DNA of 64,000 nt, taken from the IMG/VR virus record IMGVR_UViG_3300020432_000004, one strand, 5' to 3'. Under the pieces are notes generated by a model that saw only the letters and a list, made by a program, of their open reading frames with translations, was not told the DNA's origin and ran no database searches. This stretch comes from a virus (lineage: Duplodnaviria > Caudoviricetes). This document shows positions 30,415-39,526 of this stretch, piece after piece. The position numbers and the translations under genes were made by a program. Each line of letters starts with the position of its first letter. Position 1 is the stretch's first letter.

Positions 30415-30493
30415 AGATGATTTTGATGATGGACTAGACTATGATGACATGAGTTATGGACTCATGGACATAGACTATACCACTCAGGACTAA
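30359..30493 (+). CDS. Small protein with an acidic C-terminus (start uncertain)
   Basis: MAKKSKEN...DEDDFDDGLDYDDM; overlaps the previous ORF. Confidence 0.35.
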   Translation: MAKKSKENTNTKKNETLDEDDFDDGLDYDDMSYGLMDIDYTTQD

Positions 30494-30741
30494 TGATAGG
30501 AAAAGAAACACCAGAGATCAAGTATGATCGAGCGTTAACTCTATTTGAAGAGTCAGTATTAAAACCTGACTCTAAACTTAGAGGTTGTGCATATAATCAA
30601 GGATGTTTTAATGAACTCATGGAGATCAGAGAACACGTTTTAGATTATCTTAAAACTTTAAGAGAGGTCACTCGTCACACTAATCCTGATGAGAGTGACG
30701 ATATTGAAACTGCAAAGTTACAAACACTAAAATCAAAGTGA
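30493..30741 (+). CDS. Hypothetical cyanophage protein
   Basis: 82-aa ORF, translationally coupled. Confidence 0.75.
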   Translation: MIGKETPEIKYDRALTLFEESVLKPDSKLRGCAYNQGCFNELMEIREHVLDYLKTLREVTRHTNPDESDDIETAKLQTLKSK

Positions 30742-30938
30742 TCGGACTTAACTCAGCAATTCTAACTACTGAACAAAAATTGATTGTGAAAGATTCTCTA
30801 GTAATGTATGTTTGTTCCCTACAAAAACAATTTTTTAGGGATAAAACTCTTTCGTCTAAAGAATATCATGAGAGAATGAAACAAGTTGATGAAATTGCAA
30901 ACAACTTACATTTAAAAGAACTGTACAAACATGGATGA
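30738..30938 (+). CDS. Hypothetical protein
   Basis: 66-aa coupled ORF. Confidence 0.65.
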   Translation: MIGLNSAILTTEQKLIVKDSLVMYVCSLQKQFFRDKTLSSKEYHERMKQVDEIANNLHLKELYKHG

Positions 30939-31116
30939 ACCGACTGACTTGTATCAAGACATGGAAAAACTCAATATGCTATATGAAGAACTCATGTGGG
31001 ATAATGATGATATTCTAGATTTCGTTCCCGACTATAAAAACAACTGTATTATAGTCAGAAATAAAACACAGGAAGGTATCCGTTCAAAACATGGGAAAGA
31101 TATGGATTCATTATGA
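30931..31116 (+). CDS. Hypothetical protein
   Basis: 61-aa coupled ORF. Confidence 0.7.
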   Translation: MDEPTDLYQDMEKLNMLYEELMWDNDDILDFVPDYKNNCIIVRNKTQEGIRSKHGKDMDSL

Positions 31117-31286
31117 AATATCATTTGTATGATACTGACGAAAGACATCAAGGATGTTTCAACTCTATTGAAGAGTTGAGAAATTTTTTATGTGATCGTA
31201 AGTATGCTATAAATTGTGATAAAGACATAGGTAGTACATTTGATTATATCAAACACATAAAATGGTATTTTGAAATAGAGGAATGA
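31113..31286 (+). CDS. Hypothetical protein (not in ORF track)
   Basis: MKYHLYDTDERHQG...WYFEIEE*, 57 aa, with ATGA overlaps at both ends. Confidence 0.7.
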   Translation: MKYHLYDTDERHQGCFNSIEELRNFLCDRKYAINCDKDIGSTFDYIKHIKWYFEIEE

Positions 31287-31903
31287 TTAAACACTTCAAT
31301 CCTAAATGGTATTTTCAAGATAGACTCACAGAAATAGATCAGCAAAAGATAGAAGATATGTTTGCTGACATCTATAATGATGGGGATGGTTTTGGCATAC
31401 CTAAAGATTGGCAGAGATTATGTAGAGTAACATCTACAGATAGAAAGAGTGACGGAAATCCTATTTGGGAAGATTTCCTCAACATACTAACACCATACCA
31501 AAATAAGTTTCTTAGTGAGATAGAAACATATTGGGAGACAGAGTTAGTATGCGATAACGTATGGGTTAACAAATATACAGAGGGAGATTTTCAAGAGGTT
31601 CATAACCATTGTCATCCTGATTATAATATTGCTATGGTTTATTTTCATAGGTGTGATGGGTCACAGTTTCATTTCTTTGATTCATCATGGACAGAATATA
31701 GATCAAGCGGATTAGATTATATCATGAATGTACCAGGTGATGAAGTGACACAGTTAGAGATAGAGCAAGGAGATATTATTATGTTTCCAACTAACTATCC
31801 TCATTTTGTATCACCTAATATGAGAGAGGAACTAAGGATAACATTTGCAGGTAATTTTAAGATGCAGAGAAAAGCTATGACACTTGGAGAAGTGACCATA
31901 TAA
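31283..31903 (+). CDS. 2OG-Fe(II) oxygenase-like (TIGR02466 type)
   Basis: WVNKY...QEVHNH...FP..YPHFV...RITFAGN. Confidence 0.85.
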   Translation: MIKHFNPKWYFQDRLTEIDQQKIEDMFADIYNDGDGFGIPKDWQRLCRVTSTDRKSDGNPIWEDFLNILTPYQNKFLSEIETYWETELVCDNVWVNKYTEGDFQEVHNHCHPDYNIAMVYFHRCDGSQFHFFDSSWTEYRSSGLDYIMNVPGDEVTQLEIEQGDIIMFPTNYPHFVSPNMREELRITFAGNFKMQRKAMTLGEVTI

Positions 31904-31932
31904 GTGACATACTAGTAATAGTATGTTATACT
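31876..31932 (+). promoter_or_regulatory. Palindrome-promoter element
   Basis: TATGACACT-tggaga-AGTGACCAT (31876-31899); TGn-TATACT at 31927. Confidence 0.55.
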
Positions 31933-31954
31933 AGTATCATAGTTAAAGAGATCA

Positions 31955-32404
31955 ATGAAACTCAGACCTCAAATCGAACTCAACAAAACATATACTTATA
32001 CTTGTGATGCTACATTTGGCACACTATCACAGGAGAAAGTAAATAAGTTATTTACAGATGGTAGAAGAGCATCAGGATTTCTTGAGATTCAATTAGAAGA
32101 GTGGTTTCCTAATCTTACATTTGAAGATGGTAAGGGATATGACCACGTTGATACAGATGGAGTCAAGTATGATGCAAAATGTTTTACCAGAGGTGGAGCA
32201 AAATTTTGCCCAAGTGGTATGTTAGGTATGGGTAGAAAGGTTGATGAGAAAGAGTTATGGGAACACGCAGAGAATATGATTTACATATTTACAGATGTAG
32301 TAGAGTTTCCAAAAGTTCAAGTTAGATTTGTAAAAGGTTCTGACTTGACACAATATACAAAAGGTTCAATTCCATTCAAAGATAGAAATGTTTTATTTGG
32401 GTGA
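31955..32404 (+). CDS. Putative PD-(D/E)xK endonuclease
   Basis: E...GYDHVD...KYDAK catalytic-type motif; overlaps the MTase start. Confidence 0.5.
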   Translation: MKLRPQIELNKTYTYTCDATFGTLSQEKVNKLFTDGRRASGFLEIQLEEWFPNLTFEDGKGYDHVDTDGVKYDAKCFTRGGAKFCPSGMLGMGRKVDEKELWEHAENMIYIFTDVVEFPKVQVRFVKGSDLTQYTKGSIPFKDRNVLFG

Positions 32405-33173
32405 TTGCATAGAAGGTATGCAGAAACTAGATGATAAATCAGTTGATGCTATAGTTACTTCTCCACCATACAATTTGAATATCAAATACAGTAAATATAA
32501 TGATACTAAACCACTAGACCAGTATCTATCGTGGTTAGGTGATGTATTTACAGAGTGTAAACGTGTACTTAAAGATGAAGGTCATCTATTTGTTAACATG
32601 GGATACTCAAATGTCAATCCTACTGTAGGTATAGATGTATGCTGTAAACTAAGAGATAATTATATCTTACAGAATCATATTACATGGGTTAAAAGTATTC
32701 ATACTGATAAGACACATGGACATTTTAAACCTATCAATAGTAAGAGATTCTTATGCCCTACATGGGAGCATCTATTTCATTTTACAAAAGATGGTAAGGT
32801 AGAAATTGATAGACTTGCAGTTGGTGTTAAGTATGAATACTATGAAGCAAATATCAGAGGTAATAATACTAAGGACAATAAACCTAACCTTAGAGACAAA
32901 GGTAATACATGGTTCATACCTTATGAGACTAGACAAAGTAAACTAGAGAAAGGTAACCACCCCGCTATTTTTCCAGTTAAGTTAGTAGAAGATTGTTTAC
33001 TATTAACTGGTATCAGTAATGGTATTGTACTTGACCCATTTATGGGAACTGGAACTACAGCAGTAGCATCAGTTAACTTAGGATGGGATTATATTGGTTA
33101 TGATATTGACCCAGAGTATGTTAAGTATTCTAAACAAAGAGTAGAAGGTGGGTTGAAAAGTTTATTAAGATGA
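32388..33173 (+). CDS. DNA methyltransferase, N4-C/N6-A, beta class
   Basis: TSPPY (motif IV) precedes HPAIFP and LDPFMGTGTT (motif I). Confidence 0.92.
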   Translation: MFYLGDCIEGMQKLDDKSVDAIVTSPPYNLNIKYSKYNDTKPLDQYLSWLGDVFTECKRVLKDEGHLFVNMGYSNVNPTVGIDVCCKLRDNYILQNHITWVKSIHTDKTHGHFKPINSKRFLCPTWEHLFHFTKDGKVEIDRLAVGVKYEYYEANIRGNNTKDNKPNLRDKGNTWFIPYETRQSKLEKGNHPAIFPVKLVEDCLLLTGISNGIVLDPFMGTGTTAVASVNLGWDYIGYDIDPEYVKYSKQRVEGGLKSLLR

Positions 33174-33181
33174 TATATAAT
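33153..33181 (+). promoter_or_regulatory. Sigma70-like promoter
   Basis: TTGAAA-17 bp-TATAAT. Confidence 0.55.
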
Positions 33182-33255
33182 AATGAACAACGCAACTTTA
33201 GTGGAGACACACCAGTCAAGCAAGGTTGCAAAACGTATAACAACGGAGAAAAGAC

Positions 33256-34368
33256 ATGACACCATTAGAGGTGGGAGTATGGTATAGTTTACCAGGTATT
33301 CCAAACGTAGTCATTAGTTTACAGAAAACTAGTGATTTTTTAGCGTACCCAGAGTGGATAACTCAACGCAATACAAAACAAAGAGCAACTAAGAAAAGTG
33401 TAATAGATCACTTAAGGAAATTATTTCCTACACATCATATAGTTGGATTAGGTAAATTAACTAAGGATGATGAGTGGGAAGATGGCACAAAATATAGTGC
33501 AGGTACTATTTGGAGACTTGATGCTAACACTAGATCATACTTGTGGGAAGCAGGGAAAACAGATAGAACACCCGAAAATGTATTATGCGTGATGTATCTT
33601 GAAGATAGTTTAATAAAACTAAGGAGAACATACTGGACATTTGATAATCCTACAGCAGCAGAGGTCGCAGCAGAAGTTGTAACAGGATGTCAGAAGTCAC
33701 TAGGTATGAACTTGAAAACTAAGAAGTTTCAAGAAGGACAATATGTCACAGCATTATCATACTTATGTCAATATGATGACCCAGATAATTATGGTGTCAA
33801 GGGATTATGGACAGAGACAAATGACGATACTATAACTCAGAGTGAGTATCGTAGAACTAAAATGCAAAATGCTATCATGCAATATAAAGATGAAATTATT
33901 GCAGTTGATAACCTATTAAATCAAACTGGTATCAATAAGCATTTCGATCAAACGTTCATCACATCATTATTTCTACTTCACACTAGGAGAGGAACATTTC
34001 ATGATAATATAGAACTTATGATGAAACTAATTAATGAGAGAGTAGAGGATGAGTATGGGGATGTTGTTCCAATCTCAATGTCAACAAAAGGAAGATTAAA
34101 TGCTACTGGATGGATACAGAGAGAGAACAAACAACCCGCATTTGGTGGAACTGTTTACATACCTGATAGAGGTAAGATGGATGGATTTGCTCAGGGAGTG
34201 CCATTTTTTACATACTGGTTAGACATAGCAGTAGAGGAAGGATTAAAGCACAAACAGAATCAAGGAGCAAAAATAGGATACCAAAAATGGTTTCAAGAAT
34301 TTCTTGCTAGACCAAGATTCAAACAAATGAAAGAACAAGTACTAACTACTGGTATCTTAAACTACTAG
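33256..34368 (+). CDS. Hypothetical protein, possibly with a ParB/Srx-like N-terminal domain
   Basis: 370 aa; QRNT...RLDANTR resembles the DG.(H/T)R motif. Confidence 0.45.
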   Translation: MTPLEVGVWYSLPGIPNVVISLQKTSDFLAYPEWITQRNTKQRATKKSVIDHLRKLFPTHHIVGLGKLTKDDEWEDGTKYSAGTIWRLDANTRSYLWEAGKTDRTPENVLCVMYLEDSLIKLRRTYWTFDNPTAAEVAAEVVTGCQKSLGMNLKTKKFQEGQYVTALSYLCQYDDPDNYGVKGLWTETNDDTITQSEYRRTKMQNAIMQYKDEIIAVDNLLNQTGINKHFDQTFITSLFLLHTRRGTFHDNIELMMKLINERVEDEYGDVVPISMSTKGRLNATGWIQRENKQPAFGGTVYIPDRGKMDGFAQGVPFFTYWLDIAVEEGLKHKQNQGAKIGYQKWFQEFLARPRFKQMKEQVLTTGILNY

Positions 34369-34394
34369 ACAAAAAACCTATTTTATACTATACT
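34366..34394 (+). promoter_or_regulatory. Sigma70-like promoter
   Basis: TAGACA-17 bp-TATACT, placing the likely start site at or next to ATG 34400 (possibly leaderless). Confidence 0.5.
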
Positions 34395-34399
34395 AAGTT

Positions 34400-34576
34400 A
34401 TGAGAAAATTCTTTAGTCCAAAAGGACAAATCAGACTCATCAAAAAAGCACTCAAATCTGATACTCACTATACTAGTGAAGAGTTGATTAAATTAAAAAC
34501 ATCACTCAGAAAACTAGAGAAGGAAGTAGAGGAAGAGAGACAATTCCAAAATGGAGGATTTGGTTATGACATTTAA
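34400..34576 (+). CDS. Hypothetical protein (not in ORF track)
   Basis: MRKFFSPKGQIRLIKKAL...GGFGYDI*, 58 aa. Confidence 0.65.
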   Translation: MRKFFSPKGQIRLIKKALKSDTHYTSEELIKLKTSLRKLEKEVEEERQFQNGGFGYDI

Positions 34577-34694
34577 TGTCTATGAAATTATCGAGGACAA
34601 GAAAACTAAAGTCCAAGAGGAAGAAGAAGAGTGGGTATCTGAAATTATTGGTTCAGAGGATGATGAACTAAAACGACTAATACAGGAGTTTTAA
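34566..34694 (+). CDS. Small acidic protein (not in ORF track)
   Basis: MTFNVYEII...EEEEEWVSEIIGSEDDE...*, 42 aa. Confidence 0.55.
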   Translation: MTFNVYEIIEDKKTKVQEEEEEWVSEIIGSEDDELKRLIQEF

Positions 34695-35048
34695 ATGAAC
34701 AGGTATCAAGTATGGTTACAACGTGATAATGGTATTCCAAAAACTGTTATTGTTGATGATTGCTATTATGAAGATGAAGCAAGACTATTAGCAGAATCAC
34801 AGTATGGATTACCAGTATCAAAAGTATTGTATCAAGGCAAATCAAATACAGGTCAATATCAACATGACTTAGAACCCCCATATCCAGACTATAATAAAAA
34901 TATATTCAGAAATGGTATATTTGATTTACAGGTTATTGGCACACTTGGAGGATTACTATTATTGTTTGTTTTTATACAATACTGGTACTTATTTGTTGGT
35001 GCTATGATAATTGGAACTGTATATTGTATCGTTAAAGACGAAAACTAA
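34695..35048 (+). CDS. Hypothetical membrane protein
   Basis: C-terminal hydrophobic segments. Confidence 0.7.
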   Translation: MNRYQVWLQRDNGIPKTVIVDDCYYEDEARLLAESQYGLPVSKVLYQGKSNTGQYQHDLEPPYPDYNKNIFRNGIFDLQVIGTLGGLLLLFVFIQYWYLFVGAMIIGTVYCIVKDEN

Positions 35049-35185
35049 AATAGGCATAAATTCTTGTTACTTTTTACATTAATTTAATGATCTTATTTCT
35101 AAATAATAATGTAGAACTAAGGAGTAACAAGATGCACTAAATCTCATATATTATGAGACTATGTAAACATTACTAGGAGGTTTGT

Positions 35186-35344
35186 ATGACCAACAATTTG
35201 TCTTTCAATCAAATGGCACATTGGAAACATGATGTTAATTATAATTCTCAAGAGAATAAAATAGACGAGTACTTTGAATGTCTAATTGATTGCAAAGATA
35301 ATGATAGAATGTGTAAATCATATTGCACAGAACTACTGAATTAG
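35186..35344 (+). CDS. Small four-Cys protein (not in ORF track)
   Basis: AGGAGG RBS; MTNNLSFNQMAHW...EYFECLIDC...MCKSYC; I recognise it as a picocyanobacterial/cyanophage small-protein type. Confidence 0.75.
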   Translation: MTNNLSFNQMAHWKHDVNYNSQENKIDEYFECLIDCKDNDRMCKSYCTELLN

Positions 35345-35366
35345 AGGGAATCAACCGAATATCTAC

Positions 35367-35401
35367 AGAGGGTTGCATAACCCTCTTTTTTATTGTATAA
35401 T
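35367..35401 (+). terminator. Rho-independent terminator with an embedded sigma70 promoter
   Basis: AGAGGGTT-gcat-AACCCTCT followed by a T run; TTGCAT(35373)-17-TATAAT(35396). Confidence 0.75.
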
Positions 35402-35423
35402 ATTAAATGATATTATATTTAAT

Positions 35424-35507
35424 ATGAATAACATAGGTTTAGAAGTTGTATTCTGGACAGTATTAACAATTTATCTTTTAACAAAGTTAGGAGTCTTTAA
35501 AAAATGA
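35424..35507 (+). CDS. 27-aa single-TM peptide (not in ORF track)
   Basis: MNNIGLEVVFWTVLTIYLLTKLGVFKK*; ATGA overlap with the next gene. Confidence 0.55.
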   Translation: MNNIGLEVVFWTVLTIYLLTKLGVFKK

Positions 35508-35806
35508 AACTAACTCAAGAGATTATCGACCAGATACAGGAAGCAATGCTACACACCAAAAAGGATGGTAGTATTAATTGGAGTGATGATGATGAACTTG
35601 TAGTACAATTAGCAGGGACATTTGCTAACGATAGATTTATTGTAATTAAGAATAAAACTAAAGACCCAGTTATTAGTGCTAAACCTCATCCATATTATGA
35701 TTATGAGAAGAATGTATTTACAAAAGATGGTAGAGAAGAGTATATGAAGGAGCAAAAAGAGTTAGCAACTAAAAGATTACATAATGACATAAAGAAATCA
35801 CAATGA
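35504..35806 (+). CDS. Hypothetical cyanophage protein
   Basis: 100-aa ORF with an RBS. Confidence 0.75.
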   Translation: MKLTQEIIDQIQEAMLHTKKDGSINWSDDDELVVQLAGTFANDRFIVIKNKTKDPVISAKPHPYYDYEKNVFTKDGREEYMKEQKELATKRLHNDIKKSQ

Positions 35807-36930
35807 AAGATACAATCTTATTTGGAGACTGTCGTGAAACACTTAAGAATCTAACAAATTCAAGTGTGCGAACGTGTGTTACATCCCCCCCATATTACGG
35901 TCTTAGGGATTATGGCACAGCAACATGGATAGGGGGAGACCCTAATTGCAACCATAGGAGAGATAGTAAAGTCAAACCTGAGAATTGTAATACAGGACAT
36001 AAGAATCATGATGAAATGTATGGAGTAGGGGATGCAATATATAAAACTGTTTGCCCTAAGTGTGGTGCAATAAGACAAGATAGTCAATTAGGACTCGAAG
36101 AAACACCAGAAGAATATATTGAAAGTCTTGTAGATGTATTTCGTAGTGTCAGGGATGTTTTAACTGATGATGGAACTTTATGGGTTAATTTAGGAGATAG
36201 TTATTATAACTATAGACCAGGAAAAGGTCAATCATATCCTAAACAGTCAGTATCTAAAACTAAACAAGATTTACCTGATGAATGTAATAAACGTGGTAAC
36301 AAATTAGATGGATTAAAAGAGAAAGATTTAATCGGCATCCCTTGGATGTTTGCGTTTGCTATGCGTAAAGATGGATGGTATTTAAGACAAGATATTATCT
36401 GGCATAAACCTAATCCAATGCCAGAAAGTGTAAAAGATAGATGTACTAAATCACATGAGTATATCTTTTTATTCAGTAAAAACAGAAAGTATTTTTATGA
36501 CAATGAATCAATCAAAGAACCAGTCAAACAAGACTGGGGAACAAGAAACCGCACAAATGGTAAGTACCATAATATTGGTAGTGGGTTATCTCCTCATAGT
36601 GGTCTTACCAAGTCTTATGACAGGAAGAATAAACGATCTGTTTGGTCAGTAACAGTTAAACCATATAAGGAAGCACATTTTGCTACTTATCCACCTGACT
36701 TAATCGAACCTTGCATTAAAGCAGGGAGTGAAGAAGGAGATACAATACTTGACCCATTTATGGGTGCAGGAACTACAGCGGCAGTTGCAAAGTCACTTAA
36801 TCGTTATTATATTGGATGTGAACTCAATGAAGATTATGGTAACTTAATTCAGAAAAGAATTGATGACTACTATCAACCAGTTGAAGAAGTGTCACAAAAT
36901 GGACTGACAGAACTTATTGATACACTATAA
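35803..36930 (+). CDS. DNA methyltransferase, N4-C/N6-A, beta class, with a Cys-rich insertion
   Basis: TSPPY, IIWHKPNPMPES, HFATYP and LDPFMGAGTT motifs; CNH...CPKC insert. Confidence 0.92.
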   Translation: MKDTILFGDCRETLKNLTNSSVRTCVTSPPYYGLRDYGTATWIGGDPNCNHRRDSKVKPENCNTGHKNHDEMYGVGDAIYKTVCPKCGAIRQDSQLGLEETPEEYIESLVDVFRSVRDVLTDDGTLWVNLGDSYYNYRPGKGQSYPKQSVSKTKQDLPDECNKRGNKLDGLKEKDLIGIPWMFAFAMRKDGWYLRQDIIWHKPNPMPESVKDRCTKSHEYIFLFSKNRKYFYDNESIKEPVKQDWGTRNRTNGKYHNIGSGLSPHSGLTKSYDRKNKRSVWSVTVKPYKEAHFATYPPDLIEPCIKAGSEEGDTILDPFMGAGTTAAVAKSLNRYYIGCELNEDYGNLIQKRIDDYYQPVEEVSQNGLTELIDTL

Positions 36931-36931
36931 T
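36873..36931 (+). promoter_or_regulatory. Palindrome-promoter element
   Basis: TCAACCAGT-tgaaga-AGTGTCACA (36873-36896); TATAAT 29 bp downstream. Confidence 0.7.
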
Positions 36932-36957
36932 AAAGGAGTCACTCAGACTTTCCCTAA

Positions 36958-37161
36958 TTGACACAACTACAACCTAAACCAACTCGCAAGAGAAGGACAC
37001 GTACTACTTCAAAAATAAATAAAACAAAACCAACCACACAAAAAATGGAAGTAGTCATTACAGAGGATACAAGAGAGAACAAACTTGATACGTTTAGTAT
37101 TATTATTTTACCATTTCTCTATCTTGAAGCATTTGTAAAACTTATCTTGCAAGTCAAGTGA
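36958..37161 (+). CDS. Hypothetical protein (basic N-terminus, hydrophobic C-terminus)
   Basis: 67-aa ORF downstream of a promoter. Confidence 0.55.
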   Translation: MTQLQPKPTRKRRTRTTSKINKTKPTTQKMEVVITEDTRENKLDTFSIIILPFLYLEAFVKLILQVK

Positions 37162-37214
37162 CACTCACATAACTGACTACCCCTCTTAACAGAGGGGTTT
37201 TTTTATGCTATACT
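37157..37214 (+). terminator. Palindrome element + terminator hairpin + -10 box
   Basis: AGTGACACT-cacata-ACTGACTAC; ACCCCTCT-taac-AGAGGGGT followed by a T run; TGn-TATACT at 37209. Confidence 0.7.
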
Positions 37215-37236
37215 ACATTTATTGATATTATATTTA

Positions 37237-38505
37237 ATGACCATTTCTTTGAGACCACATCAAAAAACTTGTTTAAATGCAATGTGGAAGAATGATAAGG
37301 GACAGATCATAGTGCCTACTGGCGGTGGTAAAACTTATATTATGATCGCTGATTTCATGAAGGAATTACAAGTAAGAAAAGCACATACTACAGTTGTAGT
37401 AGCACCTCGCATATTACTTGCAAATCAATTATGTTCTGATTTCTTTGAACATAACCTAGACAATAATCATAATCTTTCAATTCAATGTATGCATGTACAT
37501 AGTGGTGAGACTGGACATTATTCGACAACAAAAGCAAAAGATATTATGATGTGGCATCTAATGTCTAATGTTAATGAAGCGAGAATAATCTTTACAACTT
37601 ATCATTCATTACACAGAATAGTTGAGAGTAATATTCCAGTTGATACAATATACTTTGATGAAGCACATAACTCAACTGGTAAGAACTTCTTTAATGCAGT
37701 TAAAACAATATCAAAACGTATTGATAATAATTGTGGTAGTGCATACTTCTTTACAGCAACACCGAGATATGGTAGAGGTAAGTCAGAAGAGAGAGGTATG
37801 CAAAATTCTGATGTGTATGGACATGAGATAGCAAAAGTAAGTGCTAAAGAGTTAATTGACAATGGTATTATATTACCACCTATGATAGTTCCCTTTGATT
37901 CTAACTTGAATAGAAATAAAGTTAATGCTCATGAAGTTGATGCTAGTAACCTTAAATCTATTCTTACTGATACAATAGAGGATGATTCTAAAGTATTAGT
38001 ATCAGCACCAAGTACTAGAGTCTTAATGAATATGCTATCAAGGACAGATATACTAGAGTGGTTTAAGGAAAATGGATTTGATGTATTACATATTACATCT
38101 AAGTATGGTGCAGTCATCAATGGTAAGAAAGTAGGTAGAGATCAATTCTTTGATACTCTCAATGAGTGGGGACATACAGATAGAAAGTTTGTTGTTTTCC
38201 ATTATTCTATATTATCTGAAGGTATCAATGTAGCAGGTTTAACTCATACAGTATTACTACGCAACTTGCCTGTTATTGAAATGGCACAAACAATAGGTAG
38301 AGTAATAAGGATACATCCTGATGATCGTAAATCAGTTGCTGATGGTATTATACCAGTAGCACAATATTCTTTATATCGCAAGTCCTATGGTAACGTAACA
38401 GTTCCCCTATGCGGTAAGCATGGACAGAAAATTGCTGATAGACTCAATAATGTAGTCAATCAAATATTTGTAGAGGGAAATCCACCAATAGCGTGGGCAT
38501 CATAG
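37237..38505 (+). CDS. SF2 DEAH-box helicase (type III restriction Res-subunit-like)
   Basis: LRPHQ, PTGGGKT, DEAH, TATP, LSEGIN and QTIGRVIR motifs. Confidence 0.88.
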   Translation: MTISLRPHQKTCLNAMWKNDKGQIIVPTGGGKTYIMIADFMKELQVRKAHTTVVVAPRILLANQLCSDFFEHNLDNNHNLSIQCMHVHSGETGHYSTTKAKDIMMWHLMSNVNEARIIFTTYHSLHRIVESNIPVDTIYFDEAHNSTGKNFFNAVKTISKRIDNNCGSAYFFTATPRYGRGKSEERGMQNSDVYGHEIAKVSAKELIDNGIILPPMIVPFDSNLNRNKVNAHEVDASNLKSILTDTIEDDSKVLVSAPSTRVLMNMLSRTDILEWFKENGFDVLHITSKYGAVINGKKVGRDQFFDTLNEWGHTDRKFVVFHYSILSEGINVAGLTHTVLLRNLPVIEMAQTIGRVIRIHPDDRKSVADGIIPVAQYSLYRKSYGNVTVPLCGKHGQKIADRLNNVVNQIFVEGNPPIAWAS

Positions 38506-38586
38506 GACAGTTCAACAAAGTGGCACACAGTACTACCATTATGGTATCAAATGCAGTATTATAATAATATCAACAGCAAAAGCAAC

Positions 38587-38811
38587 ATGATTCATTCACT
38601 TCACTTTGGCAGAGTATTCTGGTTAAACCTTGATAATGAACTCATGTCAGCACCTTGGTTGAAGGATGGCACAGTTTTAGATGGCACATTTGGAACTGAA
38701 GATCAATCTGATTATGTTAGTGAGTGGACTGATCTCGAAGGTTTAAATCTTGAGAGATTACTTGACATTCATAAAGACCTGATTATTGCATCACTAGGAG
38801 AGCAAAAATGA
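38587..38811 (+). CDS. Small early hypothetical protein
   Basis: First ORF after the 38503 element; start adjusted to MIHSLHF. Confidence 0.7.
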   Translation: MIHSLHFGRVFWLNLDNELMSAPWLKDGTVLDGTFGTEDQSDYVSEWTDLEGLNLERLLDIHKDLIIASLGEQK

Positions 38812-38963
38812 ACCAGTCTTATACTAAAGACATTCAAGTCAATGTCACATTTGATGAAAAGTATCAATTTGACAAACTATATGATATACTAAGAGATATG
38901 GATTTTCCACTCACTAGTAAACAACATAGTGTATTTGAAAAAATCTTATTAGGAAACAACTAA
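38808..38963 (+). CDS. Small hypothetical protein (not in track)
   Basis: 51 aa, MNQSYTKDIQ...; AGGAG RBS; coupled. Confidence 0.65.
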   Translation: MNQSYTKDIQVNVTFDEKYQFDKLYDILRDMDFPLTSKQHSVFEKILLGNN

Positions 38964-39172
38964 TGAAAACAGCAGTATTTCAAGTAAGACTTGAAGCAAC
39001 ACCCGAAGCAGAAATCAATCCGTTTCACTTAGCAGAAGAGATACAGGCATATCTTAATGCTCATGTATGTTCAGTAAATGATACTACTGATACATTCGAG
39101 GATGTTAGAGTAATTGGATACAAATTTGATTACGATAACTTTATTCCTACTCAATTCGATTACGAGATTTAA
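38963..39172 (+). CDS. Small hypothetical protein
   Basis: 69-aa coupled ORF. Confidence 0.7.
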   Translation: MKTAVFQVRLEATPEAEINPFHLAEEIQAYLNAHVCSVNDTTDTFEDVRVIGYKFDYDNFIPTQFDYEI

Positions 39173-39173
39173 A

Positions 39174-39311
39174 ATGAACATTCCAACTTACGATTTTCCC
39201 CATTCACCAATATTAATTATTGGATTCTTTGGTATATTAACAGCACTTACAGTACTATTTGTTGCTAATAGATCATACTTTGATAGTCCATTCAATGCTG
39301 ATAAAAAATGA
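39174..39311 (+). CDS. Small single-TM protein
   Basis: MNIPTYDFPHSPILIIGFFGILTALTVLFVANR... Confidence 0.65.
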   Translation: MNIPTYDFPHSPILIIGFFGILTALTVLFVANRSYFDSPFNADKK

Positions 39312-39526
39312 GAGCAACAGTAACATTTGAAATATCAGAAGAAGAAATTGAATTATTTAAGGATAATCTTAATTTCTTTACTGAAGAAGTTGACCTTAAT
39401 GGTAACAGTTGTTCAGAAGAGAGAGCAATTAATCACTTGCTAGGATGTATCAGAAATGAGAACATACGCAATATCCAATACTTAAATAAACCAATTCGCC
39501 CAGTTCACATTTATTTCAATGACTAA
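39308..39526 (+). CDS. Small hypothetical protein
   Basis: 72-aa coupled ORF. Confidence 0.7.
   Translation: MRATVTFEISEEEIELFKDNLNFFTEEVDLNGNSCSEERAINHLLGCIRNENIRNIQYLNKPIRPVHIYFND

Noticed and set aside
33208-33232. Possible palindrome copy CACACCAGT...GGTTGCAAA
   Set aside because: Poor right arm and no -10 box at the characteristic distance
35803-38505. Complete type III R-M system (Mod + Res)
   Set aside because: The genes are separated by another ORF, a terminator and promoters; the helicase is short, with no visible nuclease domain
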